From the NCBI RefSeq assembly GCF_003334335.1, contig NZ_QOWQ01000010.1: 64,000 nucleotides of DNA; one strand, written 5' to 3'. This stretch comes from Escherichia coli. Its GTDB lineage: Bacteria; Pseudomonadota; Gammaproteobacteria; Enterobacterales; Enterobacteriaceae. This document shows, piece after piece, positions 1-10,703 of this stretch. The stretch's first letter is position 1. Each line of letters begins with the position of its first letter. The notes under the pieces were generated by a model. It searched no databases. It was not told where the DNA came from and saw only the letters and a list, made by a program, of their open reading frames with translations. The translations under genes were made by a program, and so were the position numbers.

Positions 1-3000
1 GAACCAACCGGAGGACGAATGGCGATTAAGCCGCCCGCCATGCCTTTACCGACATAGTCGTTGGCATCACCGGTCAGGTACAGTTCCACGCCGCCCGCGT
101 TCCACACGCCGAAGCTCTGGCCTGCGGTGCCGTTGAAGTACGCTTTGATAGGATCGGCTGCCAGCCCCTGATCGCCGTGCGTCTGGGCGATATAGCCTGA
201 AAGCGACGCGCCGACAGAACGGTCGGTGTTGCGAATATCGAACCAGAAGGTTTTGCTCTGGCGCTCATCGACAAACGGTTTCGCCTGTTGCAGCAACTGC
301 GCGTTCAGCAGGCCGTTATCAAACGGCGGGTTGTTTTCGGTGCAGTAGAGTGCCTTACCTGGATGCGGTTCGGCAGTCTCCAGCAGCTTCGACAGCGCCA
401 GCTTCTGCTGTTTGGCGGTGAAACCGTCCAGCTCTTTCAGCAGGTCGGTGCGACCAATCAGATCCACCAGACGTGTTACGCCAAGCTGTGCCATCAGCTC
501 GCGGGTTTCACGGGCGATAAACTCAAAGTAATTCGTCACCTTGAATGGCAGGCCGTGATAGTGGTTCTTACGCAGTTTGTCATCCTGAGTTGCTACACCC
601 GTTGCGCAGTTGTTCAGATGGCAAATACGTAGATATTTACAGCCGAGCGCCACCATCGGGCCAGTGCCGAAGCCGAAGCTTTCTGCGCCGAGAATCGCCG
701 CCTTGATGATATCGACACCCGTTTTCAGGCCGCCATCGACCTGCAAACGGATCTTGTGACGCAAGCCGTTAGCAACCAGCGCCTGCTGGGTTTCAACAAG
801 CCCCAGCTCCCACGGACAGCCTGCGTATTTCACCGATGAAAGCGGACTTGCGCCGGTGCCGCCGTCATAGCCTGCGATGGTGATCAAGTCCGCATAAGCT
901 TTTGCCACGCCAGTCGCGATGGTGCCTACTCCCGGTTCGGAAACCAGCTTCACGGAGATCATCGCTTTCGGGTTAACCTGCTTGAGGTCGAAAATGAGCT
1001 GCGCTAAGTCCTCGATAGAGTAGATATCGTGGTGCGGCGGCGGGGAGATCAGCGTCACTCCGGGCACCGAATAGCGCAGTTTGGCGATGTAAGGCGTGAC
1101 TTTATCACCCGGCAACTGACCGCCTTCGCCTGGCTTCGCGCCCTGGGCGACTTTAATCTGAATGACGTCGGCATTGACCAGATACGCCGGAGTAACCCCA
1201 AAGCGACCGGAAGCCACCTGCTTGATGCGCGACACTTTGTTGGTGCCGTAGCGCGCCGGGTCTTCGCCGCCTTCACCGGAGTTCGAATTACCGCCGATGC
1301 TGTTCATCGCTTCCGCCAGCGCCTCGTGGGCTTCCGGGCTTAACGCGCCGATAGACATCGCGGCGGTATCAAAGCGTTTAAACAGTTCGCTTGCCGGTTC
1401 AACATCAGCAATGTTGACCGCGTTTTCACCCGGCGTAATTGCCAGCAGATCGCGCAGCGTGGTTGCCGGACGCTCATTAACCAGCTTCGCGTATTCCTGA
1501 TAGTCGCTGTACTCGCCGCTTTGTACCGCTTGTTGCAGCGTGCGCACCACGTCCGGGTTGTAGGCGTGGTATTCGCCGCCGTGGACGTATTTCAGCAGAC
1601 CGCCCTGGCTGATGGGCTTACGCGCCAGCCAGGCACGTTTCGACAGATTCAGCAGATCCTGCTGGAAGTCTTCAAAGCTTGCTCCACCAATGCGGCTGAC
1701 CGCCCCCTGGAAGCACAGGCCCACTACATCATCGTGTAGACCGACCGCTTCAAACAGTTTCGAGCAGCGGTAAGAGGCGATGGTGGAGATGCCCATTTTG
1801 GACATGATTTTGTACAAGCCTTTGTTGATGCCGTTACGGTAGTTGAGCATCACGGTACGATAATCTTTGGCAATCGCATGGGTGTCTACCAGGCGGCCCA
1901 GCGTTTCATAGGCAAGGTATGGATAAATAGCCGTCGCGCCGAAGCCCAGCAACACGGCGAAGTGGTGCGGATCGCGGGCGCTGGCGGTTTCGACGATGAT
2001 GTTGGCATCGCAACGCAGGCTTTGATCGACCAGACGGGTCTGGATCGCGCCAACCGCCATCGGGGCTGGAACCGGCAGGCGATCTTTAGCGATATTCCGG
2101 TCGGAGAGCACCAGCAGCACGGTGCCGCTACGTACCATTTTTTCGGCTTTGTCGCACAGCTCTTTGACTGTCGCTTCGAGCGTGGTTTTAGTGACGTCAA
2201 AGGTGATATCCAGCGTATCTGCGCGGTAGTGCTCCTCTTTCATCGTCGTGAGCTGTTTGAAATCGGAGTAGAGCAGAATCGGCGATTTAAAGCTTAAACG
2301 GTGCGCCTGGCCCTCTGCTTCGCAAAAGACGTTCATTTCACGACCGATACTGGTGGCGAGCGACATAACATGCGCTTCACGCAGCGGGTCGATTGGCGGG
2401 TTAGTCACCTGGGCAAACTGCTGGCGGAAGTAGTCGTAAATAATGCGCGGCTGACTGGAGAGCACGGCGAATGGGGTATCATCGCCCATCGAACCGACCG
2501 CTTCCTGACCGTTTTCGCCCAGTACGCGAATTACGGAGTCCAGCTCTTCCGCGCTGTAGTTAAACTGTTTCTGGTAGCTGGCAAGCGTGTCGTCGTCCAG
2601 TTCGCGGCTACCCACTTCTTCATCGGGCAGATCTTCAAACGGTACCAGTCGGCGGACGTTTTTCTCCATCCACTCTTTATATGGATGGCGGCTTTTCAGA
2701 TCGTCATCGGTTTCTGCCGAGTGCAGAATACGCCCACTGCGGGTGTCGATAACCATCAGTTCGCCTGGCCCGACGCGGCCTTTTTCGACCACTTCGTCAG
2801 GCTGGTAATCCCAGATACCGACTTCAGAGGCGCAGGTGATGAGCTTATCTTTGGTGATGACGTAGCGCGCCGGACGCAGACCGTTACGGTCGAGGTTACA
2901 GGCGGCAAAACGACCGTCGGACATCACGATGCCCGCCGGGCCATCCCACGGCTCCATATGCATGGAGTTAAAGTCAAAGAAGGCACGCAGTTCCGGGTCC

Positions 3001-3944
3001 ATATCCGGGTTGTTCTGCCAGGCGGGTGGTACTAATAGACGCATGGCGCGGATGATATCCATCCCGCCTGCCAGCAGCAGTTCCAGCATGTTATCCATCG
3101 AACTGGAGTCAGAGCCGGTTTCGTTGACGAACGGTGCGGCGTCGTGCAGGTCAGGGATAAGCGGTGTCTGGAATTTATAAGTACGCGCACGCGCCCATTG
3201 GCGGTTACCGGTGATGGTGTTGATTTCACCGTTATGCGCCAGATAGCGGAACGGTTGCGCCAGCGGCCAGCGCGGTACGGTGTTAGTGGAGAAGCGCTGG
3301 TGGAACAGGCAAATGGCCGATTCCAGACGCAGGTCCGCAAGATCCAGATAAAAGCGCGGCAGATCCGTCGGCATACACAGACCTTTATAGATGTTCACCA
3401 GATTCGACAGGCTACAGACGTAGAAGTCTTTGTCGGCTTCGAGACGCTTTTCAATGCGGCGGCGGGCGATAAACAGACGGCGCTCCATATCGCGTGGACG
3501 CCAGCCTGCCGGGGCGTTCACAAAAATTTGCTCAATGCGTGGCAGAGAGGAGAGGGCGATTTCACCCAGCACGCCTTCGTTAGTGGGGACATCACGCCAG
3601 CCCACAATCGACAAGGTTTCGCGTTGCAGTTCTTCTTCAACGATGCGGCGTGCGGCAGCGGCGAGTTCAGGATCTTTATTCAGGAAGAGCATCCCGACAG
3701 CGTAGTTTTTTGCTAAACGCCAGCCGCGCTCCTGCGCAACGATGCGAAAAAAGCGATCCGGTTTTTGTAACAGCAAGCCGCAACCGTCGCCGGTTTTACC
3801 ATCGGCGAGAATCGCGCCACGGTGCTGCATGCGGGCCAGTGCGTGTATTGCAGTACGCACTACCTTGTGGCTAGGTTCGCCTTCTATGTGGGCGATCAGG
3901 CCGAAACCACAGTTATCCCTCTCAAGGGATTTATCGTACAACAT
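1..3944 (-). CDS. gltB: Glutamate synthase (NADPH) large subunit, N-terminal ~1314 codons; the 3-prime end lies beyond the left edge
   Basis: Minus-strand translation from 3944 gives MLYDKSLERDNCGFGLIAH (propeptide then catalytic Cys) and reaches DYVGKGMAGGLIAIRPP at the window edge. An in-frame upstream ATG at 4037 (MTRKPRRH...) is an alternative start. Absent from the ORF track because its stop is outside the window. Confidence 0.93.
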   Translation of the reverse strand, partial: MLYDKSLERDNCGFGLIAHIEGEPSHKVVRTAIHALARMQHRGAILADGKTGDGCGLLLQKPDRFFRIVAQERGWRLAKNYAVGMLFLNKDPELAAAARRIVEEELQRETLSIVGWRDVPTNEGVLGEIALSSLPRIEQIFVNAPAGWRPRDMERRLFIARRRIEKRLEADKDFYVCSLSNLVNIYKGLCMPTDLPRFYLDLADLRLESAICLFHQRFSTNTVPRWPLAQPFRYLAHNGEINTITGNRQWARARTYKFQTPLIPDLHDAAPFVNETGSDSSSMDNMLELLLAGGMDIIRAMRLLVPPAWQNNPDMDPELRAFFDFNSMHMEPWDGPAGIVMSDGRFAACNLDRNGLRPARYVITKDKLITCASEVGIWDYQPDEVVEKGRVGPGELMVIDTRSGRILHSAETDDDLKSRHPYKEWMEKNVRRLVPFEDLPDEEVGSRELDDDTLASYQKQFNYSAEELDSVIRVLGENGQEAVGSMGDDTPFAVLSSQPRIIYDYFRQQFAQVTNPPIDPLREAHVMSLATSIGREMNVFCEAEGQAHRLSFKSPILLYSDFKQLTTMKEEHYRADTLDITFDVTKTTLEATVKELCDKAEKMVRSGTVLLVLSDRNIAKDRLPVPAPMAVGAIQTRLVDQSLRCDANIIVETASARDPHHFAVLLGFGATAIYPYLAYETLGRLVDTHAIAKDYRTVMLNYRNGINKGLYKIMSKMGISTIASYRCSKLFEAVGLHDDVVGLCFQGAVSRIGGASFEDFQQDLLNLSKRAWLARKPISQGGLLKYVHGGEYHAYNPDVVRTLQQAVQSGEYSDYQEYAKLVNERPATTLRDLLAITPGENAVNIADVEPASELFKRFDTAAMSIGALSPEAHEALAEAMNSIGGNSNSGEGGEDPARYGTNKVSRIKQVASGRFGVTPAYLVNADVIQIKVAQGAKPGEGGQLPGDKVTPYIAKLRYSVPGVTLISPPPHHDIYSIEDLAQLIFDLKQVNPKAMISVKLVSEPGVGTIATGVAKAYADLITIAGYDGGTGASPLSSVKYAGCPWELGLVETQQALVANGLRHKIRLQVDGGLKTGVDIIKAAILGAESFGFGTGPMVALGCKYLRICHLNNCATGVATQDDKLRKNHYHGLPFKVTNYFEFIARETRELMAQLGVTRLVDLIGRTDLLKELDGFTAKQQKLALSKLLETAEPHPGKALYCTENNPPFDNGLLNAQLLQQAKPFVDERQSKTFWFDIRNTDRSVGASLSGYIAQTHGDQGLAADPIKAYFNGTAGQSFGVWNAGGVELYLTGDANDYVGKGMAGGLIAIRPPVG

Positions 3945-4618
3945 ATCGTGAACCTCCCCCAGGCTCTGCGGGAACCCCACTTCCGAACCGCTGCGCACGG
4001 GCACAGAAAGAGCGTGGCGACGGGGTTTGCGTGTCATACGCGCGCCTCGCATTCGCCCCCTTGTTGTCCTTTTCGCATCGGTTAATACGGTGAAGAGGGG
4101 ATCTCAATTACTGCATAAATATGATGAGCAGGCTGCTCATCCAGAAAGCTTCCAGCGGATTTCCAACTTATCGGGAAAGCTGATACAGGTCAAATGGCAA
4201 GCTTATTGGTACAGAAATGTGCTTTAGCGCAAAATTCTTTATTAAATGACTGAAATTAAAATGGATTTTATCTTTAAGGCTAAAAGGGAAGTCGTTAGAG
4301 AAACAGTCAATTCCTGACTGTCATAAAGGTGTGTTAACCCTTATCCTGCCTTGAACTGACGACAAAACCAGCATTTTATACTGCCTTAATTGGTAATGAC
4401 GTTTCATGCTACTGTTTTTGCCTAAAATCCATCAGGAGATAAAAAAATCTGACACAAGATAAGCAAAAGTGATTTATGTGATTATGCATGAAATTTCGGT
4501 AATTTTGATTGATTATGCAGTTGATAAAAGCAGGCCGGGACGATTGATCCAGGTCATCGCCGAATTGAGCTAAAAATGGCAGGCTTTGGCCTCTTTTCAA
4601 GGCGCGGTCTATCAGATT

Positions 4619-5548
4619 ATGCAGTTACAGAAATTAGTCAATATGTTTGGTGGTGATCTCACCCGTCGTTATGGGCAAAAGGTGCATAAGCTGACGCTGC
4701 ACGGCGGTTTTAGCTGCCCTAACCGTGACGGTACCATCGGGCGTGGTGGCTGCACATTCTGTAATGTTGCCTCGTTTGCCGATGAAGCGCAGCAGCATCG
4801 TTCCATTGCCGAGCAACTGGCGCACCAGGCGAATTTAGTTAACCGCGCTAAACGCTATCTGGCCTACTTTCAGGCGTATACCAGCACCTTTGCGGAAGTT
4901 CAGGTGCTGCGTTCTATGTATCAGCAGGCGGTGAGCCAGGCCAATATTGTCGGTTTGTGTGTGGGTACCCGCCCGGACTGCGTGCCGGATGCGGTGCTGG
5001 ATCTGCTTTGCGAATATAAGGACCAGGGTTACGAAGTGTGGCTGGAGCTGGGGCTACAAACCGCCCACGACAAAACACTGCGTCGCATCAACCGCGGCCA
5101 TGATTTTGCCTGTTATCAGCGTACAACCCAGCTGGCACGTCAGCGCGGGCTGAAGGTGTGTTCCCACTTAATTGTCGGCCTGCCTGGCGAAGGGCAGGCT
5201 GAATGTTTGCAAACGCTGGAGCGAGTGGTTGAAACCGGCGTGGACGGCATAAAGCTGCATCCGCTGCATATTGTGAAAGGCAGCATTATGGCGAAAGCCT
5301 GGGAAGCGGGGCGTTTGAACGGTATTGAACTGGAGGATTACACGCTCACTGCCGGAGAAATGATTCGCCATACGCCACCGGAAGTGATCTACCACCGCAT
5401 TTCCGCCAGCGCCCGTCGCCCGACGCTGCTTGCTCCGCTGTGGTGCGAAAATCGATGGACGGGAATGGTCGAGCTGGATCGCTATCTGAATGAACATGGC
5501 GTACAGGGATCGGCGCTGGGACGTCCGTGGCTACCTCCAACGGAGTAG
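4619..5548 (+). CDS. yhcC: Radical SAM family protein YhcC
   Basis: ORF-track 4586..5548; trimmed 11 codons to MQLQKLVNMFGG to give the 309 aa I recall for YhcC; Cys-rich CPNRDGTIGRGGCTFC motif. Confidence 0.88.
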   Translation: MQLQKLVNMFGGDLTRRYGQKVHKLTLHGGFSCPNRDGTIGRGGCTFCNVASFADEAQQHRSIAEQLAHQANLVNRAKRYLAYFQAYTSTFAEVQVLRSMYQQAVSQANIVGLCVGTRPDCVPDAVLDLLCEYKDQGYEVWLELGLQTAHDKTLRRINRGHDFACYQRTTQLARQRGLKVCSHLIVGLPGEGQAECLQTLERVVETGVDGIKLHPLHIVKGSIMAKAWEAGRLNGIELEDYTLTAGEMIRHTPPEVIYHRISASARRPTLLAPLWCENRWTGMVELDRYLNEHGVQGSALGRPWLPPTE

Positions 5549-5643
5549 GTCGTTGAGGGGAATTCCGCATTTCTCACACAATTTATAACGTAACTGTCAG
5601 AATTGGGTATTATTGGGGCAGGTTGTCGTGAAGGAATTCCCTA

Positions 5644-7980
5644 ATGAAGCAAATTCGTCTGCTGGCGCAGTATTATGTTGACCTGATGATGAAGTTAGGT
5701 CTGGTGCGCTTCTCAATGTTGCTGGCGCTGGCCCTCGTCGTTCTTGCCATTGTGGTACAAATGGCGGTAACCATGGTGCTGCATGGTCAGGTCGAAAGCA
5801 TTGATGTTATTCGTTCTATCTTCTTTGGTTTGCTGATTACGCCGTGGGCGGTCTACTTTCTATCGGTGGTCGTCGAGCAACTGGAGGAGTCACGACAACG
5901 TCTGTCACGGCTGGTGCAAAAACTGGAGGAGATGCGCGAGCGCGATTTGAGCCTCAACGTTCAGTTAAAAGATAATATTGCCCAGCTAAATCAGGAAATT
6001 GCCGTTCGTGAAAAAGCGGAAGCAGAACTGCAGGAAACCTTCGGCCAACTGAAAATTGAAATCAAAGAGCGCGAAGAGACACAAATTCAGCTCGAGCAGC
6101 AATCCTCATTCTTACGTTCCTTCCTTGATGCTTCACCCGACCTGGTTTTTTATCGTAACGAAGATAAAGAGTTTTCCGGCTGTAACCGCGCGATGGAGCT
6201 GCTGACCGGAAAAAGCGAAAAACAACTGGTTCACCTGAAACCTGCTGATGTTTACTCACCGGAAGCCGCCGCAAAAGTCATTGAAACCGATGAAAAAGTG
6301 TTCCGTCATAATGTGTCACTGACCTATGAACAGTGGCTGGATTACCCGGACGGGCGCAAAGCCTGCTTTGAAATCCGTAAAGTGCCGTACTACGACCGCG
6401 TGGGTAAACGTCACGGTTTGATGGGCTTTGGTCGCGACATTACCGAGCGTAAGCGGTATCAGGATGCGCTTGAACGGGCCAGCCGCGACAAAACGACGTT
6501 TATCTCCACCATCAGTCACGAATTGCGTACACCGCTGAACGGTATCGTCGGTCTGAGCCGCATTCTGCTGGATACCGAACTCACCGCCGAGCAGGAAAAA
6601 TATCTCAAGACCATCCATGTTTCGGCCGTCACGCTGGGGAATATCTTTAACGATATTATCGACATGGATAAGATGGAACGGCGCAAGGTCCAGCTTGATA
6701 ATCAACCGGTTGATTTCACCAGCTTCCTTGCCGATCTGGAAAATCTCTCCGCATTGCAGGCGCAACAAAAAGGATTGCGCTTTAACCTGGAGCCGACGCT
6801 GCCATTACCGCATCAGGTCATTACCGACGGGACGCGTTTACGGCAGATCCTGTGGAACCTCATCAGTAACGCCGTCAAATTCACCCAGCAAGGCCAGGTT
6901 ACCGTGCGCGTGCGCTACGATGAAGGCGATATGCTGCATTTTGAAGTGGAAGACTCTGGTATCGGCATTCCGCAGGATGAGCTAGATAAAATTTTCGCCA
7001 TGTATTACCAGGTGAAAGACAGTCATGGCGGTAAACCTGCCACCGGCACCGGTATTGGTCTGGCCGTTTCTCGTCGTCTGGCGAAAAATATGGGCGGCGA
7101 TATTACGGTTACCAGCGAACAGGGCAAAGGTTCAACCTTTACGTTGACGATCCACGCACCGTCGGTAGCAGAAGAGGTCGATGATGCGTTTGATGAAGAC
7201 GATATGCCTTTACCGGCGCTGAATGTGCTGCTGGTGGAAGACATTGAACTGAACGTGATTGTTGCGCGTTCTGTGCTGGAAAAATTAGGTAACAGCGTTG
7301 ATGTCGCCATGACCGGCAAGGCGGCGCTGGAGATGTTTAAACCGGGCGAATACGACCTGGTGTTGCTGGATATTCAGTTGCCAGATATGACCGGGCTGGA
7401 TATCTCTCGTGAACTGACGAAACGTTATCCGCGCGAGGATTTACCGCCGCTGGTGGCCTTAACCGCTAACGTGCTGAAAGACAAACAAGAGTACCTCAAT
7501 GCTGGAATGGATGATGTGCTGAGTAAGCCGCTTTCTGTTCCGGCGCTAACCGCGATGATCAAGAAATTCTGGGATACCCAGGATGATGAGGAGAGTACGG
7601 TGACGACAGAAGAGAACAGTAAATCAGAAGCATTGCTCGATATTCCCATGCTGGAACAGTATCTCGAACTTGTAGGACCGAAGCTGATCACCGACGGGTT
7701 AGCGGTGTTTGAGAAGATGATGCCGGGCTATGTCAGCGTGCTGGAGTCGAATCTGACGGCGCAGGATAAAAAAGGCATTGTTGAGGAAGGACATAAAATT
7801 AAAGGTGCGGCGGGGTCAGTGGGGTTACGCCATCTGCAACAGCTGGGTCAGCAAATTCAGTCTCCTGACCTTCCGGCCTGGGAAGATAACGTCGGTGAAT
7901 GGATTGAAGAGATGAAAGAAGAGTGGCGTCACGACGTAGAAGTGCTGAAAGCGTGGGTGGCAAAAGCCACTAAAAAATGA
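5644..7980 (+). CDS. arcB: Aerobic respiration control sensor histidine kinase ArcB
   Basis: 778 aa ORF; N-terminal transmembrane segment, HisKA motif ISHELRTPLN, receiver and HPt regions; matches ArcB as recalled. Confidence 0.97.
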   Translation: MKQIRLLAQYYVDLMMKLGLVRFSMLLALALVVLAIVVQMAVTMVLHGQVESIDVIRSIFFGLLITPWAVYFLSVVVEQLEESRQRLSRLVQKLEEMRERDLSLNVQLKDNIAQLNQEIAVREKAEAELQETFGQLKIEIKEREETQIQLEQQSSFLRSFLDASPDLVFYRNEDKEFSGCNRAMELLTGKSEKQLVHLKPADVYSPEAAAKVIETDEKVFRHNVSLTYEQWLDYPDGRKACFEIRKVPYYDRVGKRHGLMGFGRDITERKRYQDALERASRDKTTFISTISHELRTPLNGIVGLSRILLDTELTAEQEKYLKTIHVSAVTLGNIFNDIIDMDKMERRKVQLDNQPVDFTSFLADLENLSALQAQQKGLRFNLEPTLPLPHQVITDGTRLRQILWNLISNAVKFTQQGQVTVRVRYDEGDMLHFEVEDSGIGIPQDELDKIFAMYYQVKDSHGGKPATGTGIGLAVSRRLAKNMGGDITVTSEQGKGSTFTLTIHAPSVAEEVDDAFDEDDMPLPALNVLLVEDIELNVIVARSVLEKLGNSVDVAMTGKAALEMFKPGEYDLVLLDIQLPDMTGLDISRELTKRYPREDLPPLVALTANVLKDKQEYLNAGMDDVLSKPLSVPALTAMIKKFWDTQDDEESTVTTEENSKSEALLDIPMLEQYLELVGPKLITDGLAVFEKMMPGYVSVLESNLTAQDKKGIVEEGHKIKGAAGSVGLRHLQQLGQQIQSPDLPAWEDNVGEWIEEMKEEWRHDVEVLKAWVAKATKK

Positions 7981-8092
7981 CCCCGGCTAGACCGGGGTGC
8001 GCGAATACTGCGCCAACACCAGGGAAATCTTGGCTGCGCCGTAAATTATTATGATGAGTTACAAGGGCACAGCACTGTTTTTCAGGCCGCAC
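7972..8092 (-). ncRNA. arcZ: Hfq-dependent small RNA ArcZ (RyhA/SraH)
   Basis: Reverse complement reads GTGCGGCCTGAAAAACAGTGCTGTGCCC...CACCCCGGTCTAGCCGGGGTCATTTTTT, matching the ArcZ sequence as I recall it. Terminator hairpin CCCCGG/CCGGGG at 7981-7997; the U-run overlaps the arcB stop codon. Confidence 0.8.
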
Positions 8093-8209
8093 GCAGTTAA
8101 GATAGCAAAACTTAAATGATTTGTTACATGAATCAGTTAAATGTGTGATGCGTACCATTTTTATTAAAAAAATTAATGTGTTTCAGTCAATTGCGAAAGG
8201 ATGATCACA

Positions 8210-8863
8210 ATGAAGAAAATTGGCGTAATTCTGAGCGGATGCGGCGTCTATGACGGTTCTGAAATTCATGAAGCGGTGTTGACGTTGTTAGCTATTTCAC
8301 GCAGCGGTGCGCAGGCGGTCTGCTTTGCACCGGATAAGCAGCAGGTTGATGTTATCAACCATTTAACTGGCGAAGCGATGACGGAAACGCGCAATGTGCT
8401 GATTGAAGCGGCACGAATAACGCGCGGTGAAATCCGTCCTCTGGCCCAGGCCGATGCCGCTGAACTGGATGCGTTGATTGTGCCGGGGGGGTTTGGCGCG
8501 GCGAAGAATTTAAGCAATTTTGCCAGTCTTGGTAGCGAATGCACCGTTGACCGTGAATTAAAGGCGCTGGCACAAGCGATGCATCAGGCCGGAAAACCGC
8601 TTGGTTTTATGTGTATTGCCCCGGCGATGCTGCCGAAAATTTTCGATTTCCCGCTGCGTTTGACCATCGGTACTGATATCGATACCGCAGAAGTGCTGGA
8701 AGAGATGGGCGCGGAGCATGTGCCGTGTCCTGTCGATGATATCGTGGTTGATGAAGACAATAAGATTGTCACCACCCCAGCATATATGCTGGCGCAGAAC
8801 ATTGCAGAAGCGGCGAGCGGCATTGATAAGCTGGTTTCCCGCGTGCTGGTTCTGGCTGAATGA
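8210..8863 (+). CDS. elbB: DJ-1/PfpI-family protein ElbB (YhbL)
   Basis: ORF-track 8201..8863; start moved to [12 protein letters not shown] (217 aa). Confidence 0.9.
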   Translation: MKKIGVILSGCGVYDGSEIHEAVLTLLAISRSGAQAVCFAPDKQQVDVINHLTGEAMTETRNVLIEAARITRGEIRPLAQADAAELDALIVPGGFGAAKNLSNFASLGSECTVDRELKALAQAMHQAGKPLGFMCIAPAMLPKIFDFPLRLTIGTDIDTAEVLEEMGAEHVPCPVDDIVVDEDNKIVTTPAYMLAQNIAEAASGIDKLVSRVLVLAE

Positions 8864-9588
8864 GTAAAAGCCGCTTAACGGTGTTTAGTTTCGTTCGCCG
8901 TTTTCTTTTGCGGTTAATGGTTGTCCTCGCCGTTTTCTGGGGCGGGGGCATCGCGTTGTTTAGCGTTGCGCCTGTTCCCTTCTCAGCGGTAATGGTCGAG
9001 CGACAGGTCAGCGCCTGGCTGCATGGCAATTTTCGTTACGTGGCACATTCTGACTGGGTCAGTATGGATCAAATCTCGCCGTGGATGGGACTGGCGGTGA
9101 TTGCCGCAGAAGATCAGAAATTTCCTGAGCACTGGGGCTTTGATGTCGCTTCCATTGAGAAAGCCCTGGCGCACAACGAGCGCAATGAAAACCGTATTCG
9201 CGGTGCTTCAACGATTTCTCAACAGACAGCCAAAAATCTCTTTTTATGGGATGGGCGTAGCTGGGTTCGAAAAGGGCTGGAAGCCGGATTAACGCTGGGG
9301 ATAGAAACGGTCTGGAGCAAAAAGCGTATCCTGACGGTTTACCTGAATATCGCCGAATTTGGCGACGGTGTGTTTGGCGTCGAAGCTGCGGCACAACGTT
9401 ATTTCCACAAACCCGCGAGCAAACTTACCCGGTCGGAAGCTGCATTACTGGCAGCTGTATTACCTAATCCACTTCGTTTCAAAGTCTCCTCGCCATCGGG
9501 CTACGTGCGTAGCCGTCAGGCGTGGATTTTACGGCAGATGTATCAGTTAGGCGGTGAGCCGTTTATGCAACAACACCAGCTGGATTAA
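8860..9588 (+). CDS. mtgA: Monofunctional peptidoglycan glycosyltransferase
   Basis: 242 aa; transglycosylase motifs ([21 protein letters not shown]); ATGA overlap with the elbB stop. Confidence 0.95.
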   Translation: MSKSRLTVFSFVRRFLLRLMVVLAVFWGGGIALFSVAPVPFSAVMVERQVSAWLHGNFRYVAHSDWVSMDQISPWMGLAVIAAEDQKFPEHWGFDVASIEKALAHNERNENRIRGASTISQQTAKNLFLWDGRSWVRKGLEAGLTLGIETVWSKKRILTVYLNIAEFGDGVFGVEAAAQRYFHKPASKLTRSEAALLAAVLPNPLRFKVSSPSGYVRSRQAWILRQMYQLGGEPFMQQHQLD

Positions 9589-10217
9589 GCTTCGCGCGAA
9601 GTGAGGGCCAGCGTTTTGCTCTCACGAGGTTGCAGATCTTTCTGCAGGGCAATAGCCAGCGCCGGTTGGGCGATAAATCGTTTCCATAACCGCTCTTGCT
9701 TACGCAGACAACACCACTTCGACCAGGTCGCCAGTGGAATCAATGTGCTTTCACCAATGTTGTCGCAGACGACCGGGATAACCTCTGACTCACTGATGCG
9801 GTGACAGAGGATATTCTGCGGCTTCAGCGACATCGTCACGATACGGTTATCCTGCAAATAACGCTTCAGCTGTTTCAGTAGCTGGCGCAGTTGTGCAATG
9901 TCTTCTTCGTAACGGCATTGTTCAGCAAATTCGGTCAGCGTAATGGAAGGCTTGCTGTCAAAATCTGCAATCACATCGTAGACATAACCGGTTCCGCAAT
10001 CCGTCTCAACGGTACCGTGATAGCGCGGTATTCCACTCCAGTCTTTTAACCGGCGACCAAGATGCGCGTAGTACTTTAACTCACGGCGGATCTCTTTATC
10101 GCCACCATCGCCACGATGGTAGACAATCTTGATACAGCGTTGGGCATCTTCCGGATGCGCATAACATTTCCGATGTCTTCCGGTGCCCAGGGGACTTTGT
10201 TCAGATAAGCGAATCAT
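9585..10217 (-). CDS. yrbL: PhoP-regulon protein YrbL (function unknown)
   Basis: ORF-track 9585..10274; start trimmed to [11 protein letters not shown] (210 aa); a PhoP box lies ~50 bp upstream of this start. Confidence 0.85.
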   Translation of the reverse strand: MIRLSEQSPLGTGRHRKCYAHPEDAQRCIKIVYHRGDGGDKEIRRELKYYAHLGRRLKDWSGIPRYHGTVETDCGTGYVYDVIADFDSKPSITLTEFAEQCRYEEDIAQLRQLLKQLKRYLQDNRIVTMSLKPQNILCHRISESEVIPVVCDNIGESTLIPLATWSKWCCLRKQERLWKRFIAQPALAIALQKDLQPRESKTLALTSREA

Positions 10218-10267
10218 GCCATCTCCTGGAAATATTTTCTGACGATCTCCAGTATGGTCGATTAACT

Positions 10268-10284
10268 TAAACAAAACCTAAACA
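10268..10284 (-). promoter_or_regulatory. PhoP box (direct repeat TGTTTA-N5-TGTTTA) upstream of yrbL
   Basis: Minus-strand sequence TGTTTAGGTTTTGTTTA is an exact fit to the PhoP hexamer direct repeat; yrbL is a known PhoP-activated gene. Confidence 0.6.
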
Positions 10285-10430
10285 ATGCCTCTTAAGGTTT
10301 TCTTAAGGTTCTTCTGAAAGTGAAAAGCGCACAAAATGTACAAATGACGTTGATTGAGAACGATTTCAGTACGTGATTTTCTTATTGTCGGGGGGAGTTT
10401 GAAGGGAGTTGTATGTCAAAGTGATGAAGA

Positions 10431-10703
10431 TTAATCTTCATCAAAACCAGAATTAAAGAGGGCGATAACGGCGGCCAGTGCTTCCTCTTCCTGTGGACCG
10501 GTCGCTTCAACTTCAATCTGCCGTCCTTTGGCAGAATCCAACATCAGCAGCGCAATAACGCTGTTGGCTTCAGCCTCGGTGCCTTCGTCATTACGTAAGA
10601 GCACTTCAGCGTCAAAACCCTGCATTAATTCAAACAGCTTCATTGCAGGCCGGGCATGCATGCCCAGCTTGTTTGTGATTTCAACAGTTTGCTTGACGGT
10701 CAT
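10431..10703 (-). CDS. npr: Phosphocarrier protein NPr (nitrogen PTS)
   Basis: 90 aa, [20 protein letters not shown]; HPr-like. Confidence 0.95.

Noticed and set aside
288-3716. Numerous plus-strand ORF-track entries inside the gltB region (for example 2301..3035, 244 aa; 3144..3716, 190 aa).
   Set aside because: They lie antisense to a continuous minus-strand reading frame that translates into recognisable glutamate synthase sequence; no independent start signals.
4409-4600. 63-aa minus-strand ORF in the gltB-yhcC spacer.
   Set aside because: No Shine-Dalgarno, AT-rich low-complexity translation, overlaps the likely yhcC promoter and start.
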